Positions 1-9,400 of a DNA stretch of 64,000 nt are shown here, one piece after another (positions within the stretch are counted from its first letter, which is position 1; each line of letters opens with the position of its first letter). The DNA is from an uncultured archaeon. GTDB lineage: Archaea > Asgardarchaeota > Lokiarchaeia > Sigyniarchaeales > SOKP01. Position numbers and translations under genes: made by a program. Location of the stretch: the NCBI GenBank assembly GCA_964583985.1, contig CAZOYD010000002.1:32001-96000 (forward strand), read 5' to 3'. The notes under the pieces were generated by a model. It searched no databases. It saw only the letters and a program-made list of their open reading frames with translations, and was not told the DNA's origin.

Positions 1-142
1 TGTGATTTTTTTTGTCGAACAGATCTCATCCATCTTATTTCTCAGATTCACATGCATCAACCAACACATTTATATATGAGTAATACCAATTTAATTGTGA
101 TTAACACTATAAATATTTAAAAAACATTTAAAAAACAATTGT

Positions 143-147
143 GGAGG
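143..147 (+). promoter_or_regulatory. Putative Shine-Dalgarno (GGAGG) for the histone gene
   Basis: GGAGG 10 nt upstream of the ATG at 158; TATA-like TTTATATA at 69-76 further upstream. Confidence 0.55.
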
Positions 148-157
148 AAAAAAAATT

Positions 158-364
158 ATGGCAGCTTTTGCATGGTCTCCTCTTCGCTCACTTATGAAAA
201 AAGCAGGTGCTGAAATCGTAAGTCGCGCAGCAGTAGACAAATTGATGGATTATCTTGAGGAATACGCAAAGGAATTAACAGGTTGCGCCCTCGATATCGC
301 TAAGCACAGCGGTAGAAAGAAGGTAACACAAGATGATATGAAAATCGCTATTGGATTAATCTAA
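158..364 (+). CDS. Archaeal histone (HMf-type histone fold)
   Basis: 68 aa; KKAGAE-VS, AKHSGRKKV, DD motifs align with HMfB (KDAGAERVS...ARHAGRKTIKAED). Confidence 0.93.
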   Translation: MAAFAWSPLRSLMKKAGAEIVSRAAVDKLMDYLEEYAKELTGCALDIAKHSGRKKVTQDDMKIAIGLI

Positions 365-420
365 AATTAAGATTTGATTAATTTAAGCAATTTTATTGTC
401 AACTTCTTTCTGAAAATAAA

Positions 421-445
421 TTCTTTTTTTTTTATTTATTTCTTA
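421..445 (+). terminator. T-rich archaeal-type terminator between the convergent histone and acyl-CoA synthetase genes
   Basis: ttcttttttttttatttatttctt run downstream of the histone stop. Confidence 0.4.
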
Positions 446-461
446 TTAGTATGAGAGAATT

Positions 462-1871
462 TTAGTTTAAACGCATTTTGAGATATTCTTGATACGTACA
501 CAATTTATCTAAGGATTTGGCTAAAGCTTCAATTGATTCATATACGGGAATTTTCAGTTTGAACATTTCTTTCTTGAATTGTAATCTGTCGGAATAATAA
601 TTAATATCGTCAGTGATCCTGTACGCAATGCAAATAAACGGTTTTTTCATCTCGTAATATGCTTTTTTCACATATTTAAGAATGATGTCATCAAAATTTA
701 TAACCCAGCCAAAAACAATAGCCGAGATATTAGGATCTCTATCTAATGCTATGAGAGATTTGTAAAAAACTTCGGGATTAATTCCGCTGCTTCCAAGATC
801 CAACGGATTACGAACTATGGTATTCACATCAGGAAGAAATTTGAGAATATTTTCTCGTGTTTCGGGCAATAATCTTGGAATTGATAGGTTATATTGCTCA
901 AGTATATCAGTTATTTGTATTGATGCTCCGCCTCCAATGCTTAACACGCCGATCTTTCGATCAATGGATAAATTTAGGAGATAATGAAATGTCATTGCCA
1001 AGTTTTGAAATTCTTCGGCATTTTTCACGAGTATTGCTCCAGATTGATGAGCTAAACCTTCCCATATTGCTTGAGATCCTGCTAATCCTCCTGTATGAGA
1101 AATAATTGCTTCTTTTGAAGATTCACCCGATCCGACTTTCCAAATAATGACGGGTTTGTGCTTGAGAGCTAATTTTTTTAGGATTTGCCTAAAATTTCGT
1201 CCAATCTCCTTATTTTTTAAATTTTCGATATAGAGTCCCACCACATCTGTTTCATTATCAAGTAAAAAATATTCAAGAAAATCTACGAAATTTAAATCAA
1301 TTTGGTTTCCTATAGATATGGCTTTACTTATGCTATTACCGTAAATAGAAGAAGCCATTGAAGACATTTGGATTGCCAATCCACCTGATTGAAGAATCAT
1401 GCCAAAATTACCTGAATTCGCGTTCAATCTCGATGAAAACGAAATTTTATTTATAGGCGCATAAATCCCAACACAATTAGGACCGAGGATTCTGATTCCA
1501 TACTTTTTTGCAATTAGTAATAGATCTGATTCCAAAGACTTCATACCAACTTCGGAGAACCCGGAAGTGAATATTGTTACAAACGGAACCTTTCTCATTC
1601 CGACTTCCTCTAATATAGCAGGGCAGAGCTTGGCAGGAACTGCAATGATAACATAATCTATTGATTCTTCCATTGGAACATCCAAAATAGAGCCATAAAC
1701 CTGGAGACCTTTAATTATTTGACCCTTCAAGCGAGGATTAAAGATGTAAATAGGTTTATCAAAAGGCATTCCTTGAAGAGCTCGAAGGAAAAAGCCTCCT
1801 CCGTAAGGTTTATCACTAACCCCGATTATCCCTATAGCCCGGGGATTAAATAAGCGATTCAAGTCAAGCAT
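462..1871 (-). CDS. ADP-forming acyl-CoA synthetase, alpha-type subunit (CoA-binding + ligase domains)
   Basis: LFNPRAIGIIGVS, TSGFSE, ILGPNCVG, QSGG, SHTGGLAG (phospho-His), NPLDL motifs. Confidence 0.9.
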   Translation of the reverse strand: MLDLNRLFNPRAIGIIGVSDKPYGGGFFLRALQGMPFDKPIYIFNPRLKGQIIKGLQVYGSILDVPMEESIDYVIIAVPAKLCPAILEEVGMRKVPFVTIFTSGFSEVGMKSLESDLLLIAKKYGIRILGPNCVGIYAPINKISFSSRLNANSGNFGMILQSGGLAIQMSSMASSIYGNSISKAISIGNQIDLNFVDFLEYFLLDNETDVVGLYIENLKNKEIGRNFRQILKKLALKHKPVIIWKVGSGESSKEAIISHTGGLAGSQAIWEGLAHQSGAILVKNAEEFQNLAMTFHYLLNLSIDRKIGVLSIGGGASIQITDILEQYNLSIPRLLPETRENILKFLPDVNTIVRNPLDLGSSGINPEVFYKSLIALDRDPNISAIVFGWVINFDDIILKYVKKAYYEMKKPFICIAYRITDDINYYSDRLQFKKEMFKLKIPVYESIEALAKSLDKLCTYQEYLKMRLN

Positions 1872-2002
1872 GATATCTCATTTTGCTTAAAATTTTCAAG
1901 TTTTAATAATGATAATTTATTGAGCAATTAAAAGCCTATTAATGAAGCTTTTAAATTAAAAATCAACCTTGATCATTGGTTTTTAAATCATGGAATGAAG
2001 GA

Positions 2003-2536
2003 TTAATCGTCAATAGGATATTTCTCAAAAAGAATATCAGTCATGACCTCGAAAGCTTTCTCCACGTTTTGGCCGGTTTTAGAAGATAATTCAATAAATG
2101 AGGTCAAACTAAAGGTTTTGGCAGCTTGGATTCCTTCCTCCCTTGTCACGACACGATATTCCTCTAAATCAACTTTAGATCCTACTAGCATTATTGGTAT
2201 GTCTCCAGCATGTTCTCTAACGAGTTGAGTCCAAGCTGGAAGATGCTCTAGTGTTCTGGCATTTGTTATATCATATAAAAAAAATGCGGCATTTGCCCCT
2301 TTACAATATTGAGAAAGCAAGAATCGAAATCTTTCTTCACCTCCAAAGTCCCAGATTTGGAGTTTTACCCTATGCTTGTTGTGAAAAAGAATGTTTTTTG
2401 AATAAAAGTCGACTCCGATTGTTAGTTTCAGATCGCGAAGAAAATATCCAGAGATGAATCTTATTGTAAGTGAAGTCTTCCCAACGGAAGCATCTCCAAG
2501 CATCATTACTTTAAAAGTATAATCGAAATCCGTCAA
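2003..2536 (-). CDS. Rab-like small GTPase
   Basis: G1 GDASVGKTS, G2 TIGVDF, G3 WDFGGEERFR, G4 SKVD, G5 SSK; TTG start. Confidence 0.93.
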   Translation of the reverse strand: MTDFDYTFKVMMLGDASVGKTSLTIRFISGYFLRDLKLTIGVDFYSKNILFHNKHRVKLQIWDFGGEERFRFLLSQYCKGANAAFFLYDITNARTLEHLPAWTQLVREHAGDIPIMLVGSKVDLEEYRVVTREEGIQAAKTFSLTSFIELSSKTGQNVEKAFEVMTDILFEKYPIDD

Positions 2537-2700
2537 TATTCTTAACCTAAATTAAAAAGTGCTTTCCTTATTATTTAACATGCTTTTCAAGGGGAGAGTG
2601 ACTGATAATTTTCTTAATGATTCTTTTATTATTTGAACTGATTAATGAATAAAAATTATATCTATTATTATTTAATCTTTCTTCTTAAAAAATCATGCTA

Positions 2701-3354
2701 TTAAAAGATTAAAACTAAGATATTAAAGAGGGAATGTGCAATCATGTTTGGTAGGAGTGATTCGTTATTTATTCGATAAAGTACACCAAATAACATTCCA
2801 AATGTGAAATAATATCCAAAAAATGTGATTATTGTAGATATGGGAACCAATATCGGGGGAACATGATAAATTGTGAAACAAAGGGACGAAATAATCAATG
2901 CTAAGGGATAATTTAACTTCATGTTAATTTTTTTTAAAATGAAACCTCGAAAAAATCCTTCTTCACATGGACCTATTATAAATACTTGAAGAACAATTAT
3001 GATAATAAGTTCAATAGACTGAGGATTTTGGGGCTCAACATTAATGGCATTGTTGATCGCATTCTCAACAAAGACAGGATCCAGCACATTTTTAACTATA
3101 AAATCTACAAAAAAAACGAAAATCCATCCTCCGATAAAATAAAAAAAAACACCAATTAAAAAACCCTGAAAAATTAAATAGAGAACTCTTTTAATATTTA
3201 AATTCGATATATCAAAGCCCATATCTACCAATTCTTGTTTAAATGATTTCTTTTCTACGTAGGCTGCTATTAAGCTTGGAATAATTAATAAAAGAATTTC
3301 CAAACTCATAAAGAAAATCAAGATAATTGGATTTGCTCCTAAATTGATTGACAT
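2701..3354 (-). CDS. CPBP/Abi (type II CAAX protease) family membrane metalloprotease
   Basis: EEGFFRG, FTIYH, HSLFN motifs; multiple TM helices. Confidence 0.88.
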   Translation of the reverse strand: MSINLGANPIILIFFMSLEILLLIIPSLIAAYVEKKSFKQELVDMGFDISNLNIKRVLYLIFQGFLIGVFFYFIGGWIFVFFVDFIVKNVLDPVFVENAINNAINVEPQNPQSIELIIIIVLQVFIIGPCEEGFFRGFILKKINMKLNYPLALIISSLCFTIYHVPPILVPISTIITFFGYYFTFGMLFGVLYRINNESLLPNMIAHSLFNILVLIF

Positions 3355-3422
3355 TGTTAAAGTAATAATAGATTATTTCCATTTTATAAATTATAAAACT
3401 AAATCTCTCATCATTATTATTA

Positions 3423-4724
3423 TTGTCTTGTAATTATTCATTCATAATGACGATAAAGAACACATTCACTCTTTTTGATCAGAATGAAGTTGAGAACTTA
3501 AATTTTGATCATTTATTAAATCAAAATGGATTAACAAAAGAACAGCTACTCTTTAAAAACCTGAAAGAAATCGCATATGATTATGTGAAAATTGAGGAAA
3601 CTAAAAAAGATTTCATGAGGTTAATCCAAAAAAATAGAAAAACTCTTGATTTTTCTCAATTTATAGAAGATCCTTATTTTGATATAAAAGAGAACTTTTT
3701 ATCGCGTGAAATGGTTCATGCAAACATTCGGGGTTTGAATGTGGCTAGTGTTGATGGTAGTTCTGTTGTTAAACATTTTATGAATGCTGATTTCTCATTT
3801 CTGAAGGCAATTTGTGTTAAATATTATTTTTATAAAAACCAATGCTCTAAAATTGAATATTTTCCAGATATGAGTGGATTTAATAATTATTTAGTTCAAG
3901 GGAATTTTATTAACGTGGAAGAAAATAATGTCAACGCTCAGATCTCAATGGATATGAACTTTATGGAGATTAAACTCCTCAATGATTTGATCGAGAGGAG
4001 TGATAATTTAGATCTTATTATTTTAGATGGTTCAATAGTTCCAATGCCTATAAATCTCATCTTTGGAAGAGATGACGATATTTCACATAAATACGATAAA
4101 CTCCTAAGAGAGTATGGCCAGTTATACACAAATTGTAAGGATAAAGATATCGTGTTAATCGGTTCAATCAAAGATACCAGAACATCATCATTAATTCATT
4201 CATTGCGTAGTGGTATTCAATTATTAAAACCAAATAAGTCTAAATTAAGTGATTTCACGAAGGTAAATTATCGCCAAGTAATTACTTATTTCTCAGACTT
4301 AGATTTTTTTACACGATTATTAAATAAATCGGAGAGATCCTGTATATTTAATTGCAAGAAAGATATGGAGAAAATACGTGAATCAGGAATTAAAAAGGAA
4401 ATTCCGAATTATTTCCCTTATAATTTCTTTGCTTTTTATCTAAAAACGGTAGAATGTGACACGCCATGCCGAATCGAATTTTTCACCAATGATGATGATA
4501 CAATACATGAGGCTTCTGAAAGAGCAGATTTAATTAGTTCTATAGTATTACCAATATCAAGTTACAATGAAAATTACGGTTTACCAATACCACAGATTGA
4601 AGCTCATAGAAGAGCCGTGTTCAAACCATCAGAAATAGACCTTTTATTTAATAACTTAACGAGAAATCTTAGTATAAATGGGATAACTTTGCTTGAAAAA
4701 AGGAGGGCAAGAAGACCTTTTTAA
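3423..4724 (+). CDS. nurA: NurA-family 5'-3' nuclease (true start probably ATG at 3447)
   Basis: ASVDGS, IILDGS, IKD, RIEF and YGLPIPQIEAH motifs typical of NurA. Confidence 0.82.
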   Translation: MSCNYSFIMTIKNTFTLFDQNEVENLNFDHLLNQNGLTKEQLLFKNLKEIAYDYVKIEETKKDFMRLIQKNRKTLDFSQFIEDPYFDIKENFLSREMVHANIRGLNVASVDGSSVVKHFMNADFSFLKAICVKYYFYKNQCSKIEYFPDMSGFNNYLVQGNFINVEENNVNAQISMDMNFMEIKLLNDLIERSDNLDLIILDGSIVPMPINLIFGRDDDISHKYDKLLREYGQLYTNCKDKDIVLIGSIKDTRTSSLIHSLRSGIQLLKPNKSKLSDFTKVNYRQVITYFSDLDFFTRLLNKSERSCIFNCKKDMEKIRESGIKKEIPNYFPYNFFAFYLKTVECDTPCRIEFFTNDDDTIHEASERADLISSIVLPISSYNENYGLPIPQIEAHRRAVFKPSEIDLLFNNLTRNLSINGITLLEKRRARRPF

Positions 4725-4725
4725 T

Positions 4726-5415
4726 TCAATCTAGAACCACCGCACGATTTAGAAAAATGTCTTCAAAAAAGATATGTTGTTTTGCTAAAACTTTATTTTT
4801 AAATCCTTTTTCTTTAATAAATTTATATAACTCATTTAAATTTGTTTTTGATGAACAGACATAATAAACATGACATTTTTTTTGAAGATTTAGATACATT
4901 TTTACTTGTGAGAAAAAATTAAAAAGTATTTTCAACCCATCGATCCCCCCATCCCAGGAATGATCAATACTTTTTTTTTCATTTCTTTCAATTGAAGGCA
5001 AGTAAGGAGGGTTGAAGATAATGATATCAAATGAGTTTTTTAAATGATTAGGAAAGTTTTCAAATAAATCAGAATGAATATATTTTATTTTGTTTTCAAT
5101 ATTATTTCTTTTTTCATTCATTTGAGCACATTTTATTGCATTTAGTAAAATATCTGAAGCATATACTTGAGATTGAAATATACCTAACTGTTCTAAATAA
5201 ATCGCTACAATTCCTGTTCCTGTTCCTAAATCTAAAATGGTTTTTATATCTTTAATGGGAATTTCATCAAAAAATTCTTGAGAAATATTATTTCTTATAA
5301 AATCTAAGATTAAAAAGGAGTCATCTGATGGAGAATAGACATTCTCAAAAGGATTATGAATGATAGGGTCAGGGATCATTTCTTTCATAATCATCAGATC
5401 AATTTTTAAATTCAT
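4726..5415 (-). CDS. HemK2/Mtq2-like release-factor glutamine methyltransferase
   Basis: VYSPSDDSFL, LDLGTGTG, FNPPYLP, WDGG; position after ksgA. Confidence 0.88.
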   Translation of the reverse strand: MNLKIDLMIMKEMIPDPIIHNPFENVYSPSDDSFLILDFIRNNISQEFFDEIPIKDIKTILDLGTGTGIVAIYLEQLGIFQSQVYASDILLNAIKCAQMNEKRNNIENKIKYIHSDLFENFPNHLKNSFDIIIFNPPYLPSIERNEKKSIDHSWDGGIDGLKILFNFFSQVKMYLNLQKKCHVYYVCSSKTNLNELYKFIKEKGFKNKVLAKQHIFFEDIFLNRAVVLD

Positions 5416-6256
5416 AGAGAAGTTGGCAAGTTAATATTAATTCATTTATTTCCTTTTGAAAGACCTTTTCATCTGAAATCGAATTAGATATAAGAAAATT
5501 TGGAATATCTAAATCATTGAAATTAAGGGGTCTTTTATTTTTAAGATATAATTCCAACGAATTAGAGAATATTTTATTCTTATAGGGAGTGATACCAGCG
5601 ATAAATTCAATGAAAAATTTCCGATTCTTTGGCTCTTTGAGAAAAGGATTCAAAATCATTTTTGGTTTGACTTTTATAAGGGCTAGATCAATAGATGGAA
5701 TTGGATAAAAGCATTTTCTTGAGATCTCATATTTACTCACGAGATCCATAAATGCATTAAAAGTTACTCCTATCCGTGAGAAATTTTTGTATTTTTTAAT
5801 ATCTAAAATCCTCTTCGAGAGAGAATTCTCAATAATCATTATCCCAAGTGGAGAATTTTCTTTATAAAAGAATTTTTCGAGTATTGGTCCTGTAGTAGAA
5901 TAAGGAATATTTGAAACTATTTTATCATGAAATGGTATATCAGATTTTAAAGCATCAGCATTGATTATTTCAACATTTTTTGAAATAGAAAATTTATCCG
6001 TGAGGTATTGATAGAGTTTTTTGTCAATCTCATATGCATATACTTTTCTTGCTTTATTCCCCAGCTCTGCAGTTAGAGCTCCCAATCCAGCACCAATTTC
6101 TAAGATGGTATCCTCCTTAGAGATTTCAGCCTCATTTATCATTTTAAAGAGTATATTTCTATCCACCAAAAAATTTTGTCCGAGACTCTTATTCGGAAAA
6201 ACTCCAATTTTATCTAAAATAAGGCGAGTCTCTGTAAGATTCATTTTTTCATTCAT
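5399..6256 (-). CDS. ksgA: 16S rRNA adenine dimethyltransferase KsgA/Dim1
   Basis: LGQNFL, LEIGAGLGALT, YEID, VSNIPY. Confidence 0.93.
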   Translation of the reverse strand: MNEKMNLTETRLILDKIGVFPNKSLGQNFLVDRNILFKMINEAEISKEDTILEIGAGLGALTAELGNKARKVYAYEIDKKLYQYLTDKFSISKNVEIINADALKSDIPFHDKIVSNIPYSTTGPILEKFFYKENSPLGIMIIENSLSKRILDIKKYKNFSRIGVTFNAFMDLVSKYEISRKCFYPIPSIDLALIKVKPKMILNPFLKEPKNRKFFIEFIAGITPYKNKIFSNSLELYLKNKRPLNFNDLDIPNFLISNSISDEKVFQKEINELILTCQLLYEFKN

Positions 6257-6899
6257 ATTTTTGGGTCTTGGAAAATATGTAATATTTTACTCCTTCTCTT
6301 TGAAGTTCTTTAATAATTCTCTGAGCAATTAATTTTGATGGATTCGAAATGCTAGTGCGATCAGATATATCTTGAAATGTTGTGAACTTTTGCCTATTTC
6401 TGGCATTGAGGATCTCCCACATATGCTTTTGTCCTACGCCAGGTAATAATTTTAATGCATGCATCCGTGGAGTGATGGATGTTGAGTTATTAAAGAAATT
6501 AATGAATTGCTCTTCAAAATTCATTACTTCTTGTTCAAGAATCGGCTGAAGAAGTGCTTTTGAGGTGTTTGTTAAGTCCTTATAATCAATCTTTTTAATA
6601 ACATCTCGAAGTTTATTTTGTCTCACGAATTCTTCATAAGTAGCCTTTTCTTGAACTCGTATATCGGAATCTCTATTCATTTTTACTTCATATAAAACAA
6701 AATCAGGAAATGTAATAACTTGCGCTATTGGTGTTTTTGACCAACTAGGTTTATCTTCTTCGGGATGTCCATGGAGAAGTAGGTCTATTATGATAAGCTC
6801 TCTATGTTTCTTTATAAATTGCTTTTTTTTCTCTTGTTCTTTTCCTCGATAATTGGATCTTCGAGGTTCTCGTCTGGATCGATCTCGAGGCCTTTCCAT
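6249..6899 (-). CDS. DUF655 family nucleic-acid-binding protein (HhH)
   Basis: FFN...ITPRMHALKLLPGVGQK motif; conserved position between rpo4 and ksgA. Confidence 0.88.
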   Translation of the reverse strand: MERPRDRSRREPRRSNYRGKEQEKKKQFIKKHRELIIIDLLLHGHPEEDKPSWSKTPIAQVITFPDFVLYEVKMNRDSDIRVQEKATYEEFVRQNKLRDVIKKIDYKDLTNTSKALLQPILEQEVMNFEEQFINFFNNSTSITPRMHALKLLPGVGQKHMWEILNARNRQKFTTFQDISDRTSISNPSKLIAQRIIKELQREGVKYYIFSKTQKYE

Positions 6900-7073
6900 A
6901 AGCTACACCAATTTTCTTGTATTTTATTTTCCAAAGATCCATAATAATTTTTTTTTTTAATATTCCTTAATATGGAAGGATTACTATCCTAAAAAGGACA
7001 TCTCACTAAATTTAATTACAACATATATTTTAAATTCTTCGGCTAGGGAATATCTTTAAAATCGTACCTAAAC

Positions 7074-7439
7074 TTAAGTAGATATAAGTTCTTCCATTTG
7101 ATAAAGGAGATCTTGCAGATCATTTTCATTTAGAGCTTTTCCAGCAATAGATTTTTCTAAAATCATTCTCAATTCTGGGACCGTTCGAGGATAAATGTTA
7201 ACGATATTTATTGCATATATTTCTTCAATGCCGTATTTATCCATTAAGAATTTTTGAAGTTTGGCTCCGTCTTTCTCACTCATTTTAGCAAATTTATTCG
7301 CATAATTATAGGTAATTTCTTGAAAGTGAGAAATTCCTTCTTCAGTGTCAATTTTTTCAATCTTCTCCTTAACGTCTTCCATAATTTTTTTAACTTCTGG
7401 AATCGAAACAACTCTTTCTTTTATTTTACGACCTGACAT
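7074..7439 (-). CDS. rpo4: DNA-directed RNA polymerase subunit Rpo4 (RpoF)
   Basis: SIPEVKKI, YANKFAK, IVNIYPRTVPELRMIL; downstream of rpl21e. Confidence 0.87.
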   Translation of the reverse strand: MSGRKIKERVVSIPEVKKIMEDVKEKIEKIDTEEGISHFQEITYNYANKFAKMSEKDGAKLQKFLMDKYGIEEIYAINIVNIYPRTVPELRMILEKSIAGKALNENDLQDLLYQMEELIST

Positions 7440-7463
7440 GAGTAATATTGTATTTATTGAATT

Positions 7464-7772
7464 TTAATTTTTTATTGCAGATTTGCTTAACCTAAGATGC
7501 TCTCTCCCAACAATTAGCAATTTTTTTGAATTTCCTAAACTCACTTGAACCTCAAAACATCTTCCCCTAAATCCTTTAATTGTTCCGGTTAACCCATGGT
7601 ATCTACGATGAGGCATCCCATGTTTGTGTTGAGAGGGATCTGTAATAATATCAACTTTGTCATTGATATTAAATTCTAATAAATATTTCTCCACAGAACC
7701 GATACCTTTATCTCTTACGTGCTTTCTATGTCGATTACGACACTTATTTCTATACCCTTTGTGTAAGACCAT
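7464..7772 (-). CDS. rpl21e: 50S ribosomal protein L21e
   Basis: GYRNKCR, DPSQHKHGMPHRRYHGLTG, EHLR. Confidence 0.95.
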   Translation of the reverse strand: MVLHKGYRNKCRNRHRKHVRDKGIGSVEKYLLEFNINDKVDIITDPSQHKHGMPHRRYHGLTGTIKGFRGRCFEVQVSLGNSKKLLIVGREHLRLSKSAIKN

Positions 7773-7951
7773 TTTTTCCCACCGTACTATAAGCGATTCA
7801 TCAATTTTAGGTCAATAGGAAGGAAAAACCAAACTATTTACCATCTATGCTTTCTAATGAATCGAATTCAGTTATGAGTTTCATAAATGTAATAATTTAG
7901 TTAGTATATGTATGATAGTTTATTTATTTTGTTATTTTAGAAGGATCAATT

Positions 7952-9316
7952 TTATATTTCTATATGAAGAACATCTAGTTCTTTACAAATGAGTTGAGAA
8001 CCAAATAATTCCGCAAAAGAATTTGTGGTTCTTCCGTTATCTCCATTAATTAATTCCTTTATATATGTACCTCCTTGAGTTTTTATTGTAAATTCAAAAA
8101 GGTTAGATTTTAAATAACTCCCGTCTATTTCATAAATATATTTCTGTCTAACTTTATCAGCTCGTCGATGCGATACTCTTTCAGGCGTTCTTTGAGAGAT
8201 TTTCTTCCCAACAAGGTGATCTTTTAAGAGAATTATAAATTCATTAAATTGTGATCTTGTAATCTTATTCTCTGATTGTACGATTGCCTTGTATATTTTT
8301 TTTGTGTTTTCAGCATTGTTTTTTATTGAAATTACTTGATTTTTATTACTGAATTCTAAATCGTGAATCTCCACCCTTTTCCTTGTTATTCTGTTCACTC
8401 TCTTCTCAAGATTTCCAAGATTTAAAGTTCTAATCATTGGATTTTGTAATTCTAAAATAAATGGACGGCCTTTTCCGAGCATTTTCACATCAATATCTTC
8501 TCTTCCCGCACCATGAAATTTAACTCCCGTTGATTTTGATGCTTTTATAAATTCTGGGGCAATTAATTCCTCTACACTCGTTTGGTGTTGTTTTCCCGTA
8601 TAATTACAGATCTCACATCCCACTCCTTTACAAGTCCTACAATCCCAGTGCGTTTGAGGAATTCCCCTTATTAACTTATTGTATCGTCCAAAAATGAACA
8701 AAGATCTATTCACTAAATTGATTGAAAATGAATCAAAGCTCAATGAAAAAATAATGGTAATGTCTGGATTCGCAAAGTCGGTAGATTTATTAATACATGT
8801 TGATAATAATTTCCCTACTTCTCGATTAAAATGGCTCTTAAAGGACTCGGAACCTAATATTTTAAACTTGACCTTGAATTCATCCTCATTATTGATGATC
8901 TTACCATCTATATCTGTTCCTACTAAAAAGCTCTCATATTCCAGATTTTTTAGTCTTTTTGTTGCTTCTGAAGCATATTTTGTTAAATCTGAAAAAATAT
9001 CATTACAAAGATAGCAAGGAGGTTTAGATCCTTCATTAACAAATGGCAATCCTTCTTTTTCCAAGACTTTTATAGCAGGTATAAATTTCGCTTTTTCAGC
9101 CAATAACCTTAAATAATTAACAGTATCACTATTTTTTTCATTATTAGATAAGTAATTTTCATGCAATTGCATCGTGAGGGTCAGTAAGATAGAATTTCCT
9201 CTTTCGAAATTAGTTGTATTTGTAGCATAAAGAGAGAACATCCTACCTAAACAATGAGGACAAATATAATTATCATGGTAAATCTCTAATACTTTCTCGC
9301 TAATTGTCATGTTCAA
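7952..9316 (-). CDS. pus10: tRNA pseudouridine(54/55) synthase Pus10
   Basis: N-terminal CPHC Zn site, GRYNKLIRGIPQT, FHGAGREDIDV catalytic motif, QRTPERVSHRRAD, GGTYIKEL. Confidence 0.95.
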   Translation of the reverse strand: MNMTISEKVLEIYHDNYICPHCLGRMFSLYATNTTNFERGNSILLTLTMQLHENYLSNNEKNSDTVNYLRLLAEKAKFIPAIKVLEKEGLPFVNEGSKPPCYLCNDIFSDLTKYASEATKRLKNLEYESFLVGTDIDGKIINNEDEFKVKFKILGSESFKSHFNREVGKLLSTCINKSTDFANPDITIIFSLSFDSFSINLVNRSLFIFGRYNKLIRGIPQTHWDCRTCKGVGCEICNYTGKQHQTSVEELIAPEFIKASKSTGVKFHGAGREDIDVKMLGKGRPFILELQNPMIRTLNLGNLEKRVNRITRKRVEIHDLEFSNKNQVISIKNNAENTKKIYKAIVQSENKITRSQFNEFIILLKDHLVGKKISQRTPERVSHRRADKVRQKYIYEIDGSYLKSNLFEFTIKTQGGTYIKELINGDNGRTTNSFAELFGSQLICKELDVLHIEI

Positions 9317-9400
9317 TTGATAAAAGAAAGCATTCTATTTTTCTTTTCTTATTTACATAAAAAATAAAAATTAAAAAAAAAAGAGGTTAAAAGTTCTAGA

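Noticed and set aside
4726-9316. pus10-rpl21e-rpo4-DUF655-ksgA-hemK cluster as a novel system
   Set aside because: This is a well-known conserved archaeal gene order
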